The notes: a model not told the origin generated them from the sequence alone. Counted from the stretch's first letter, positions 1-8,508 are shown. The stretch is 16,902 nucleotides of DNA from an uncultured bacterium (GCA_965612865.1 CBFDTJ010000028.1:1-16902), one strand, 5' to 3'. Program-made: numbers and translations.

Positions 1-70
1 AATGATACGGCGACCACCGAGATCTACACCTAAGCCTTCGTCGGCAGCGTCAGATGTGTATAAGAGACAG
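1..70 (+). other. Illumina Nextera adapter contamination (P5 + i5 index CTAAGCCT + Read1 primer + Tn5 mosaic end); not genomic
   Basis: Exact P5 AATGATACGGCGACCACCGAGATCTACAC (1-29), 8-nt index CTAAGCCT (30-37), TCGTCGGCAGCGTC (38-51), mosaic end AGATGTGTATAAGAGACAG (52-70). Confidence 0.99.
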
Positions 71-259
71 AAGTTCTGCTTTGAGTATTACTTCATTATC
101 AGTTTCATATAAATCTACTCTTGGCTGCCAGATCATGGGTTCTTTTCTCCTTCTTCTTGGAGAGAGAAAATCAGTGAAAATCCTATCTATCTCTTCATGT
201 AGTGATTCTATTTCAGGAAAGATATCAAAATCCCATGGTTCCCATCTTCTGAGTGCCAT
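71..259 (-). CDS. Hsp20/alpha-crystallin family small heat shock protein, 3'-truncated at the contig end
   Basis: MALRRWEPW...LHEEIDRIFTDF...WQPRVDLYETDNEVILKAEL matches the sHSP N-terminus and P-x-V-D-x-x-E-T motif. Strong SD AAAGGAGGTGAT (275-264) supports ATG at 259. The ORF-track tail LSLIHI is adapter-derived. Confidence 0.93.
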
Positions 260-302
260 AGGCATCACCTCCTTTCCTGAAGTTTTATATTTTTCAATTA
301 TT

Positions 303-330
303 ATTATAATAAATTATAAACATCTGTCAA
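303..330 (-). promoter_or_regulatory. Sigma70/SigA-type promoter for the hsp20 gene
   Basis: Minus strand TTGACA (330-325), 16-nt spacer, TATAAT (308-303); both hexamers are consensus. Confidence 0.7.
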
Positions 331-337
331 GAGGTTA

Positions 338-346
338 TGGTATTAT
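338..346 (+). promoter_or_regulatory. Extended -10 element, probable leaderless promoter of the radical SAM gene
   Basis: TGgTATTAT lies 6 nt before GTG at 353; no properly spaced SD. Confidence 0.5.
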
Positions 347-352
347 TGTATT

Positions 353-1057
353 GTGAAAGAGATAGTTTATGGTCCTGTAAAGTCGTGGAGATTCGGCAGG
401 TCGCTTGGTATAAACCTTCTTGGTGAAGCTCCAAGAATATGTACCTTTTCCTGTATCTACTGTGAACTTGGAAAAGAGGGTATGTATGAGAGTGAGAGAA
501 AAATTTTTGTTCCTACTGATACGGTTATATATGAATTTAAAAAACGCTTGAGAGAGAACTTTGAAGTAATTACATTCTCAGGTGCCGGAGAACCTACCCT
601 TGCAAAAAATATAAAGGAAGTATCAGATAGAATAAGAGAAATCAAAAAAGATATCCCCCAGATCCTTCTTACCAACTCAACGCTCCTTAATATGGACGAG
701 GTTATAGAAGACATACTATCTTTAGATATTATAGATTGTAAACTTGATGCTGTAAGGAAAACAACATTTGAAAAAATAAATAAACCTATGGAGGGAATAA
801 CCTTAGAGAATGTAATAAATGGAATAAAAAATTTGAGGAGAAATTTTAAGGGGATCCTATCTCTTCAAATAATGGTTCTTCCTATAAACATTGATGAAAT
901 TGAAGAGCTGTCAAAAGTCGTTAAAGAAATCATGCCAGATGAAGTACATTTAAATACCCCTACAAGACCTCCATGGAAAAAACCTATTGAGAAAGAAAGG
1001 TTAATTTCTTTAAAAGAACTTTTTCATCCATTAAAGATTAGAACTCCATATGACTGA
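353..1057 (+). CDS. Radical SAM protein (COG0731/TYW1-like Fe-S oxidoreductase family), function unknown
   Basis: YGPVxSWRFGRSLG N-terminal motif, CxxxCxxC (CTFSCIYC), ITFSGAGEPTL, LLTNSTLL, KLDA, NTPTRPP. Confidence 0.92.
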   Translation: MKEIVYGPVKSWRFGRSLGINLLGEAPRICTFSCIYCELGKEGMYESERKIFVPTDTVIYEFKKRLRENFEVITFSGAGEPTLAKNIKEVSDRIREIKKDIPQILLTNSTLLNMDEVIEDILSLDIIDCKLDAVRKTTFEKINKPMEGITLENVINGIKNLRRNFKGILSLQIMVLPINIDEIEELSKVVKEIMPDEVHLNTPTRPPWKKPIEKERLISLKELFHPLKIRTPYD

Positions 1058-1062
1058 GAGAG

Positions 1063-1089
1063 TGTTATAATAAAACAAAAAGTGGAGGT
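1063..1089 (+). promoter_or_regulatory. Extended -10 and SD of the stalk/PQQ-propeller gene
   Basis: TGtTATAAT at 1063-1071; GGAGGT at 1084-1089. Confidence 0.5.
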
Positions 1090-1093
1090 TAAA

Positions 1094-2563
1094 ATGAGAA
1101 AAACTACTCTAATCTCTGTCTTAATATTTGGAATGATCTTTATGGCTCTCCCCCTGCGTGGAGCTTCTTATGAAGAGACCATAGTTTTAAAACTTGTGAT
1201 AGGAAGCAAAATAATGTATGTAAATAACACACCTGTTGAAATGGATGTTGCTCCTGTAATAATCGAGGACAGGACTCTCCTTCCGATAAGATGGATAGCG
1301 GAACCGCTTGGAGCTTTTGTTGGCTGGGATGGAAATGAGAGGAAAGTAACAGTGGAACTTAAAGATATATTTATTGAGATGTGGATAGGAAAAAGCATTG
1401 CTTTTGTAAATGGAAAACCAAAACCAATTGATCCGGGAAATCCAAAGGTAGTACCGATAATTCTTCCTCCAGGAAGAACAATGATTCCTGTAAGATTTGT
1501 TGCAGAGAATCTTGGATGCAAGGTTGACTGGGATGGAGTAACAAGAACAGTTACAATAACCTATCCAAAAGAAAGCCCAGAAAACAATTCTTTCATTGTA
1601 TGGAGATTCAAAACTGGAAGTCAGATATTCTCTGATGCTACAATCTATAATGATCTCCTGTATATAGGTTCTCAGGATGGTTATCTTTACTGCCTTGACC
1701 CTGATAGTGGAACCCTTGTGTGGAAGTTTAAAACTGGTGGTTCAATTCAGACCAGACCATCTGGATACAATGGAAAAATCTATTTTGGCTCATGGGATGG
1801 AAACCTGTACTGCATTGATGGAGATAATGGAGAACTTGTGTGGAAGTTTAAAACCGGGAGTAGTATTCTTTCGTCTCCAAGAATAAATGACGGTCTTATT
1901 GCTTTCGGTTCAGATGACGGTTTTTTGTATCTGTTAAAGGTGGATACCGGGGAGCTTATCTGGAAATTTAAAATAGGAAGCAGAATTGGATTTTCCTCTC
2001 CACTTATCTATAAGAACTACGTGATTGTTGGCTCTTCTGATTCTTATCTTTACTGCGTAAGCAAGAGCAATGGAACTCTTGTGTGGAAATTCAAAACAGA
2101 AAAGTGGATTCAAACAGATCCTATGGTTTACAAGGAAAGAGTTTACATTGGATCAAGCGATTCACACATTTATTGTCTCAAACTGGACAGTGGCGAACTT
2201 ATATGGAAAAAAGAAGTAAATGGAGAAGAAAGTTTCTTCTCTCTTCATGGCGGAAAAATTTTTGTCTCATCAAGTTATCTTGAATGCCTTGATGCTGAAA
2301 CCGGTAATAAAATCTGGGAGAATCTTGGGGTAGGTACATACAATAAACCTGTCTATGACAATGACAAACTCTACTGTGGATTCATGATGTTTTACTGCGT
2401 TAATGCAGAAACAGGAGAAATCCTTTGGAGTTACAATCCAGAGAAGGAGCCGAAAGAGAATGATTGGGCATGGATCTACTCAACACCTGTAATATATAAG
2501 GGAAGAGCTTATTTCGGTTCAGGAAACACATATGTCTATTGTCTTAATATAGAAAGATCTTGA
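1094..2563 (+). CDS. Secreted protein: signal peptide + copper amine oxidase N-terminal (stalk) domain + PQQ-like (BamB-type) beta-propeller
   Basis: MRKTT followed by a hydrophobic signal peptide; stalk motifs APVIIEDRTLLPIRWIAEPLGA.V.WDG and GRTMIPVRFVAENLGCKVDWDG; about 8 blades of ~40 aa (GSxDGxLYCLDxxxGxLVWKFKTG). Start placed at ATG 1094 after GGAGGT. Confidence 0.9.
   Translation: MRKTTLISVLIFGMIFMALPLRGASYEETIVLKLVIGSKIMYVNNTPVEMDVAPVIIEDRTLLPIRWIAEPLGAFVGWDGNERKVTVELKDIFIEMWIGKSIAFVNGKPKPIDPGNPKVVPIILPPGRTMIPVRFVAENLGCKVDWDGVTRTVTITYPKESPENNSFIVWRFKTGSQIFSDATIYNDLLYIGSQDGYLYCLDPDSGTLVWKFKTGGSIQTRPSGYNGKIYFGSWDGNLYCIDGDNGELVWKFKTGSSILSSPRINDGLIAFGSDDGFLYLLKVDTGELIWKFKIGSRIGFSSPLIYKNYVIVGSSDSYLYCVSKSNGTLVWKFKTEKWIQTDPMVYKERVYIGSSDSHIYCLKLDSGELIWKKEVNGEESFFSLHGGKIFVSSSYLECLDAETGNKIWENLGVGTYNKPVYDNDKLYCGFMMFYCVNAETGEILWSYNPEKEPKENDWAWIYSTPVIYKGRAYFGSGNTYVYCLNIERS
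1597..2550 (+). repeat. Intragenic ~120-nt (40-aa) propeller blade repeats
   Basis: CTTGTGTGGAAGTTTAAAAC is identical at 1715-1734 and 1835-1854; WKFK recurs at about 40-aa intervals. Confidence 0.85.
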
Positions 2564-2648
2564 AGAGGAAAAAGTAAAAATAAAAACAACTGGGGTTAGA
2601 TTAAGAACTTCTTTTTGGGTATAATTATCAAAACTTATGGAGGTAAAA

Positions 2649-5600
2649 ATGAAAACAAAGATCGTTCTATCTTTGTTTTTGATTATCTCGTTATTATTCC
2701 CACCAATCAACATTTCCCTTGGTTATTCATATAGGGTAAGTAATGTAATTGATTCTTCATGGTATGAGATAGAGAATCAACCAGAGGAAGCATTAAACAT
2801 CGTGGAACTCTGGATTGGTAACAAGGTTTATAGAGTTAATGATATAGAGAAGGAGAGTGATGTAGCTCCAGTTATAAAAGATGGGAGAACTCTTGTTCCA
2901 ATAAGAGTTATATCTGAGGGTTTAGGGGCAAGCGTAAGTTGGGATCCAGTATTAAGGAAGGTAGGCATAGAACTTGAGACCCTTGAGGGAATAAAAAGAG
3001 TGGAATTATTTGTATCAAACAATGAGTATTTTATTAATGGTGAATCCTTCTTTATGGATGTTCCACCTCAAATAATAAATGGTAGAACATTGGTTCCAGT
3101 TAGAGTTGTATCTGAATCTCTTGATTGTAAGGTATACTGGGATGGGGTGGAGAGGAAAGTTACAGTTAAAGGGCTTAATTTAAGTTCAGATTTTGACTTT
3201 GATTTACTCACATTTAAGGATGAGTATACCTATCATACAAACCCAAATGACAAAGATACAGATGATGACCTTCTAACTGATTATGAGGAGATAATGGAGT
3301 ACAATACAGATCCATTAAATCCTGATACAGATGGTGATGGACTCAAGGATAATGAGGAAGTTATAATCTATAAGACAGATCCAGCCAAAAGTGATACAGA
3401 TGATGATAATCTAACAGATTATGATGAAGTAAGGGAGTATAACACAGATCCATTAAATCCTGATACAGATGGTGATGGGTTGAAGGATAATGAGGAGGTT
3501 GATGTAGGACTTGATCCATTGAAGGATTACTCAAATCCGTTCTCAATACTAATACATGATAAGGATTATATTGGTATAAAGAAAGATATAGACAGAATAA
3601 TAAATAAGGATGCCTTTGAATTGTTTAAGAGTGTGGTAGATAAGATAAACGGAATAGAGGATGAAGAGGAAAGGATAAGTGTATTGGGTAAATTCCTTGA
3701 ACTCCTAAATGTGGTTCAGGATGATGAATATATGATGAGGGATTTAGGGAAGCAAATAGAGAAGAGAGGGATAGGGAGAATAGATGAGATAAAAGGGATA
3801 CTGAACAAGAAGAAAAGGATTTATAATCTTATTGATTCATTCTATAAGAATAGGGATGAGAAGTTAAAAGAGAATTTCTTTACCTTTCTCTATCCAAAGA
3901 TTGAAGACGAGGATACGGTATTAACCTATAACAGAATAGAATCATTCTTCTCCTTTGTCTCATCTCTCCCAGATGAGTTAAAGGATTATGAGTTAAATAC
4001 ATTTCTATTCTTTGAGGATGGGAAGATTGATAAAGAGGAGGAGGAATTTATAGATTCTTATGTAAAGGATAAGGAAGATGAGAATAACATAACTCTTGCA
4101 AGGAAGGTAATTGATTCGTATTTTGCAAAGATTCCATCAGATGATCCAAACAAGTTTGATTTTATAGAGGAGTTAAAGAACCTTCCATCTTATAAAGAGG
4201 TAACTCCTGAAGAATCAATAAATCTTTTAGAATCATATGAAGATATTATATCCCTTTATCTAAAAGGAAAACCATATGAGAAGTTTGAGGATAGGTTTAA
4301 GGAGAAGATAACAAAACAACATGAGATATGGGAAGGGTTTGATTTGATGTTGAGGGGAGGAGATTATAGACAGTTAGAGGGAGAGAAAGATTTTGAGATA
4401 ATGAGAAATTATGCGAACCAAATTAAATTTGATGGCAAGGGAGACGATTGGGAGAATTATCCTTTTCTACAATCTGATATAGAGAATGATCTTAATATAA
4501 TGCCTCCAGAAGGTGTAGAGAAAGATTCAGTTGATATTATAAGCTATGCTTTTTTAAGAGACGATGATTATGTGTATGTGTTTTACAAAACAAAAGGTAA
4601 ACCAGCAGAAGATCCCAATATTTCTTGGAGATTTAGAGTAAGATTGAATGATAATCAGTGGTGTGAAATTGATGAAGGGCATGATCGAATCTATATTAGT
4701 AGATATGATAACAACAAAAGCTACGGTCATTATGAATTAACTCCCAAGGAAATGTATCTCAAGGTGGGAGATGTTGTAGAATACAGGATTCCTCTTTCAA
4801 ATATGTGGAATTTCAAGGAGATGAACAACATCTACTTTGAATTATGGGTAAGAAATTTGGTATCGGAAAAAGACATAGATATGGATACTGGATATGGGAA
4901 GCTGGGTGCTATTTTTACATATAAGATACCTGAATTTAATACCCAACTTAGTCTTCTACATTACCTCACTACAAATACAGAACTAAAATTATTTGATACC
5001 CTTTCTATATCAGATGCCATATCAAATGGTATTTTCCTAACTATAGGCGATGACGAAGTTAAAAAGGTTTCATCTAAGGATAGCTTGGATTTACTTCTTT
5101 ATCTAAGAGAGGTAAATGAATGGCAAAAGAAGGTGGGAATTTATCCTCTTGAAGATCTTCCTCTGCTTGAAAAGATGTTTCTTACATTCAGGATAGATGA
5201 TAATTTTGTTTATGGAAAGAATGTTTATAATAAATACTCTCTGAGTGTTTTTACAAATTATAAAATGAATATAAAAGCATATAAATGGCTTACAACCGAA
5301 ATATCAACTCTCAAAGAGATGAAGGATTTTATGGAACAAACTATACTTCCAAAGTCTGGCACACATACAAAAATATTAGCAAATATTCTAGACGCTTATT
5401 TCTCTTGGAGTAATGAACATTGGCTTTTCACTCTGAAATACAATGAAGAGGAAGACGGACTCGAAGAGTATCTTCCTGATATGATAATTGACGGAGAGAA
5501 AATCAATCCACATAACTTCAACAACAACGATTTTATCTGGAGATACTTTAAAGAGCATGGAAAAGGAATAGGAGTGTGTGATGATGAGGCATCTTTTGTT

Positions 5601-5972
5601 GCAGCAATATTGAAATCCATTGGTGTAAGTAGCTGGACTATTACTTGGCATATTAGATATAAATTTAAAGGAGAGTTGCATGGTGCTGGACACCAGCATG
5701 TGATTTATTACTCTCCAGAAAAAAGAGCATGGTTTTCACCCATGAATCAACTCAGAATAGATAGAGGTGTAGAATACAAAGAGGGGATAATTCTACTTCA
5801 TTATTACACTTATTCTCCCTCCTTTGATATATATAATGACTTTAAATTAATTATCTTACATTACAACATAAAAACATTTGAAGAACTCAAAAAGAAATTC
5901 TATGATGAAGGTATGCCAGAAGCTGAAATGAAAAGATTTATTTACGATAATCTCTTTCCAGATTACGATTAA
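2649..5972 (+). CDS. Large secreted multidomain protein: stalk domain, TSP3-like Ca-binding repeats, helical region, beta-sandwich, C-terminal transglutaminase-like domain
   Basis: Signal peptide MKTKIVLSLFLIISLLFPP; GRTLVPIRVISEGLGASVSWD and GRTLVPVRVVSESLDCKVYWD; DTDGDGLKDNEE repeats; GVCDDEASFVAAILKSIGV...GHQHVIYY...W. SD GGAGGT and TATAAT (2620-2625) upstream. Confidence 0.85.
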   Translation: MKTKIVLSLFLIISLLFPPINISLGYSYRVSNVIDSSWYEIENQPEEALNIVELWIGNKVYRVNDIEKESDVAPVIKDGRTLVPIRVISEGLGASVSWDPVLRKVGIELETLEGIKRVELFVSNNEYFINGESFFMDVPPQIINGRTLVPVRVVSESLDCKVYWDGVERKVTVKGLNLSSDFDFDLLTFKDEYTYHTNPNDKDTDDDLLTDYEEIMEYNTDPLNPDTDGDGLKDNEEVIIYKTDPAKSDTDDDNLTDYDEVREYNTDPLNPDTDGDGLKDNEEVDVGLDPLKDYSNPFSILIHDKDYIGIKKDIDRIINKDAFELFKSVVDKINGIEDEEERISVLGKFLELLNVVQDDEYMMRDLGKQIEKRGIGRIDEIKGILNKKKRIYNLIDSFYKNRDEKLKENFFTFLYPKIEDEDTVLTYNRIESFFSFVSSLPDELKDYELNTFLFFEDGKIDKEEEEFIDSYVKDKEDENNITLARKVIDSYFAKIPSDDPNKFDFIEELKNLPSYKEVTPEESINLLESYEDIISLYLKGKPYEKFEDRFKEKITKQHEIWEGFDLMLRGGDYRQLEGEKDFEIMRNYANQIKFDGKGDDWENYPFLQSDIENDLNIMPPEGVEKDSVDIISYAFLRDDDYVYVFYKTKGKPAEDPNISWRFRVRLNDNQWCEIDEGHDRIYISRYDNNKSYGHYELTPKEMYLKVGDVVEYRIPLSNMWNFKEMNNIYFELWVRNLVSEKDIDMDTGYGKLGAIFTYKIPEFNTQLSLLHYLTTNTELKLFDTLSISDAISNGIFLTIGDDEVKKVSSKDSLDLLLYLREVNEWQKKVGIYPLEDLPLLEKMFLTFRIDDNFVYGKNVYNKYSLSVFTNYKMNIKAYKWLTTEISTLKEMKDFMEQTILPKSGTHTKILANILDAYFSWSNEHWLFTLKYNEEEDGLEEYLPDMIIDGEKINPHNFNNNDFIWRYFKEHGKGIGVCDDEASFVAAILKSIGVSSWTITWHIRYKFKGELHGAGHQHVIYYSPEKRAWFSPMNQLRIDRGVEYKEGIILLHYYTYSPSFDIYNDFKLIILHYNIKTFEELKKKFYDEGMPEAEMKRFIYDNLFPDYD
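3189..3527 (+). repeat. Five 22-23-aa bacterial TSP3-like (DxDxDG) repeats including a 138-nt tandem duplication
   Basis: The 35-nt stretch ACAGATCCATTAAATCCTGATACAGATGGTGATGG is identical at 3306-3340 and 3444-3478; units alternate DTDDDxLTDYxE and DTDGDGLKDNEE. Confidence 0.9.
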
Positions 5973-6014
5973 TTATTGCAAATTCTCTTATTCACCATTT
6001 CCATGCAGGAATTT

Positions 6015-6070
6015 TTTATCCTTATAATAAGGACATTATGTTAGAGATTTATCCTTATTATAAGGATAAA
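6015..6070. repeat. Perfect 19-bp inverted repeat with internally palindromic arms, overlapping an Xer dif/cer-like core
   Basis: TTTATCCTTATAATAAGGA (6015-6033) and its reverse complement (6052-6070), 18-nt spacer. TTATGTTAGAG (6036-6046) matches the E. coli XerD arm TTATGTTAAAT at 9/11. The repeat is certain; the function is inferred. Confidence 0.8.
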
Positions 6071-6074
6071 TTTG

Positions 6075-7259
6075 TTAAGAATACTTCTCTTTTATGATTT
6101 TATACGCTTCTCTGAATGGAACTCCTTTCTTTACAAGTTTGTAAACTTCTTCTGTGGCAAAGAGTTCATGGGTTAAAAGCTCTTCTGCTCTTTCTTTGTT
6201 GACTTCAAGTTTTTTTACAACCTTTGAAATTACACTAAGGGTTTCCTTTACTGTATCAAATCCCTCAAACACTATCTCCTTTGTCTCCTGAAGATCCCTA
6301 TGATAACCAGAGATTAAATTAAAGGGCACCATTTTAGCCCTCATCTCAAGGGAGAGAATCTTTGAGAACTTGCTTCTTGCAATTTCAAAAACATCTGGAT
6401 TCTTTTTATGCGGCATTATTGAACTTCCAGTGGTAAATTCCTCTGGAATTTTAAATATTCCCACATCCTCTGTGGAAAAAAAGATGATGTCCGAAGATAA
6501 CTTATTCACATCATACATGATCATTGAGAGTGCAGAGAGAATCTCTCCTTCAAACTTACCTCTTGAATTCTGAACATACATTGGATTCCTCTGAAGTCTT
6601 TTAAATCCAAGAAGTTTTTTTGTGTAGTTTCTGTCTATTTTTAAGACTGGAATCCCATATCCTGCACCTGTTCCAAGGGGAGACTGGTCAATGAGATTAA
6701 AAACGCTTTTAAGTATTTTTAAATCATCCCTTAGAGCTTCAATAAAGGAATCTCCCCAAAGTTTTATACTTGAAACCATAGCCTTTCTTGTGTGTGTAAA
6801 ACCAGGGATTTTAACCTTTTTGTACCTTTCTATAAAATCTTCTATGGATACTATAAGGGAATTAACAAGTTTTTCAATCTCCTTTAGCTCATCTTTGTAG
6901 TAAAGTCTTAAAGCGCATAAAACCTGATCATTTCTTGATCTTCCCGTATGAATCTTTTTCCCCACATCCCCAAGTTTTTGAACAAGAAAATTCTCAATTT
7001 TAGTGTGAGAGTCCTCATCCTGAATTTCTATCTTAAATTTCCCTTTCTTATCAAGTTCCATTATCTCCTTTAGTGCTTTAACTATACCCAAAAGTTCCTC
7101 TTTCTCAAGAACACCAATCTTATTCAGCATCTTTGCATGGGCAATGGAGCAGAGACAATCATACTTAACCAGTCTCTGATCAAGAATGTAATCTTTCCCG
7201 ACTGTAAATTTGATAACGTGGGTATCAGGTTTGATTTTCTTTTCCCAGAGCTTTCCCAT
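6075..7259 (-). CDS. argH: Argininosuccinate lyase (short, 394 aa)
   Basis: [40 protein letters not shown] signature, GVPFREAY. Start MGKLW at 7259 follows a GGAGG/GAGG SD. Confidence 0.96.
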   Translation of the reverse strand: MGKLWEKKIKPDTHVIKFTVGKDYILDQRLVKYDCLCSIAHAKMLNKIGVLEKEELLGIVKALKEIMELDKKGKFKIEIQDEDSHTKIENFLVQKLGDVGKKIHTGRSRNDQVLCALRLYYKDELKEIEKLVNSLIVSIEDFIERYKKVKIPGFTHTRKAMVSSIKLWGDSFIEALRDDLKILKSVFNLIDQSPLGTGAGYGIPVLKIDRNYTKKLLGFKRLQRNPMYVQNSRGKFEGEILSALSMIMYDVNKLSSDIIFFSTEDVGIFKIPEEFTTGSSIMPHKKNPDVFEIARSKFSKILSLEMRAKMVPFNLISGYHRDLQETKEIVFEGFDTVKETLSVISKVVKKLEVNKERAEELLTHELFATEEVYKLVKKGVPFREAYKIIKEKYS

Positions 7260-8508
7260 ACAGCCTCTTCCTCCACGCATAAGGATTTCTCTTCCTCAAA
7301 ACCACCGCATGAGCTTTGAGTCTTATGGAGTTTATGTTTATAAATCCCTTTGAATCAGTGGGGGTGAATCCACCCTCTATGTCCATACTTGATAGATCTC
7401 TGTTGTATAGAGAGGTAGGAGATTCTCTTCCTATGGGAATAACATTGCCTTTGTATATGGAAAGCACCACCTTTCCATCAATGGCTTCCTGACTCTTCTC
7501 TATGGCAGAGAATATGAAATCCATCTCTGGGGAAAACCAGAGTCCATTGTAAATATACTCTGAAAACTTTGGAACAAGCATATCCCTTAAATGCATGACC
7601 TCCTTATCCATGGCGAGTCCCTCAAGGTCTCTATGGGCAATCCAGAGAATTGTTGCACCTGGTGTTTCATATATTCCCCTTGACTTTATCCCTATAAATC
7701 TATTCTCCACCATATCAACCCTCCCAACACCATTTTCACTTCCAATTTTGTTCAAATAGAGGAAAAGTTCAAGGGGATCTTCTTTGACAGTTCCATCCCC
7801 TGGATTAACAACTTTTATGGGAATGCCATCTTTAAAATAAATTTCAATTATAGTTTCTTTATCTGGTGCGTCCTTTGGGTTTTTGGTTCTTGTAAAAATA
7901 TATTCCTCTGGTCTATACATGGGATCCTCAATTACTCCTGCCTCATGACTTATATGCATGAGATTCTCATCCTCGCTGAAAGGTCTTTCCTTTGTTGCCT
8001 TAACTTCAATCCCATTCCTCTTTGCATACTCAATTAAGTCACTTCTTCCTTCAAATTCAGATAAAAACTCTTCATCCTTCCAGGGTGAAATTACCTTTAT
8101 CTCAGGGTTTAAAGCATAATAGGTGAGTTCAAATCTAACCTGATCATTTCCCTTTGCCGTTGCTCCATGAGAAACATACTCTGCTCCTTCTCTCTCTGCA
8201 ATCTCTATCTGCTTTTGGGCAAGAAGGGGTCTTGCAAGAGCAGTTCCCAGAAGATATCTTCCTTCATAAATAGCATTCCCCATAAGAGCTGGGAATATAA
8301 ATTCAACAACGAATCTCTTTCTTAAATCCTCAACATAAACCTTGCTTGCGCCACTTTTTAATGCCTTATCCTTTATAGCATCGAAATCCTCATTCTGTCC
8401 AACATTTCCCACAAATGCTATAACCTCATAACCTTTCTGGGAAAGCCAGTGAAGTATAATAGATGTATCAAGTCCCCCACTGTACGCAAGAACTACCTTT
8501 TTGTTCAT
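7225..8508 (-). CDS. argG: Argininosuccinate synthase
   Basis: [65 protein letters not shown]. Confidence 0.98.
   Translation of the reverse strand: MNKKVVLAYSGGLDTSIILHWLSQKGYEVIAFVGNVGQNEDFDAIKDKALKSGASKVYVEDLRKRFVVEFIFPALMGNAIYEGRYLLGTALARPLLAQKQIEIAEREGAEYVSHGATAKGNDQVRFELTYYALNPEIKVISPWKDEEFLSEFEGRSDLIEYAKRNGIEVKATKERPFSEDENLMHISHEAGVIEDPMYRPEEYIFTRTKNPKDAPDKETIIEIYFKDGIPIKVVNPGDGTVKEDPLELFLYLNKIGSENGVGRVDMVENRFIGIKSRGIYETPGATILWIAHRDLEGLAMDKEVMHLRDMLVPKFSEYIYNGLWFSPEMDFIFSAIEKSQEAIDGKVVLSIYKGNVIPIGRESPTSLYNRDLSSMDIEGGFTPTDSKGFININSIRLKAHAVVLRKRNPYAWRKRLYGKALGKENQT

Noticed and set aside
52..70. Tn5/IS50 end suggesting a transposon insertion in hsp20
   Set aside because: It is the synthetic mosaic end within the Nextera adapter; no transposase is present
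233..259. Possible CIRCE element at the hsp20 start (ATGGCACTC)
   Set aside because: Only the left arm resembles TTAGCACTC; there is no GAGTGCTAA arm 9 nt downstream
54..356. 100-aa plus-strand ORF MCIRDR...
   Set aside because: Starts in the adapter and is the antisense shadow of hsp20
1715..3478. Regularly spaced direct repeats as a CRISPR array or DGR template/variable pair
   Set aside because: They are in-frame protein repeats (120- and 138-nt periods), differences are not adenine-specific, and no cas or RT gene is present
8140..8170. Arg[10 protein letters not shown] instead of the usual HGATGKGND
   Set aside because: That position is variable in the G-x-T-x-K-G-N-D signature; no evidence of inactivation
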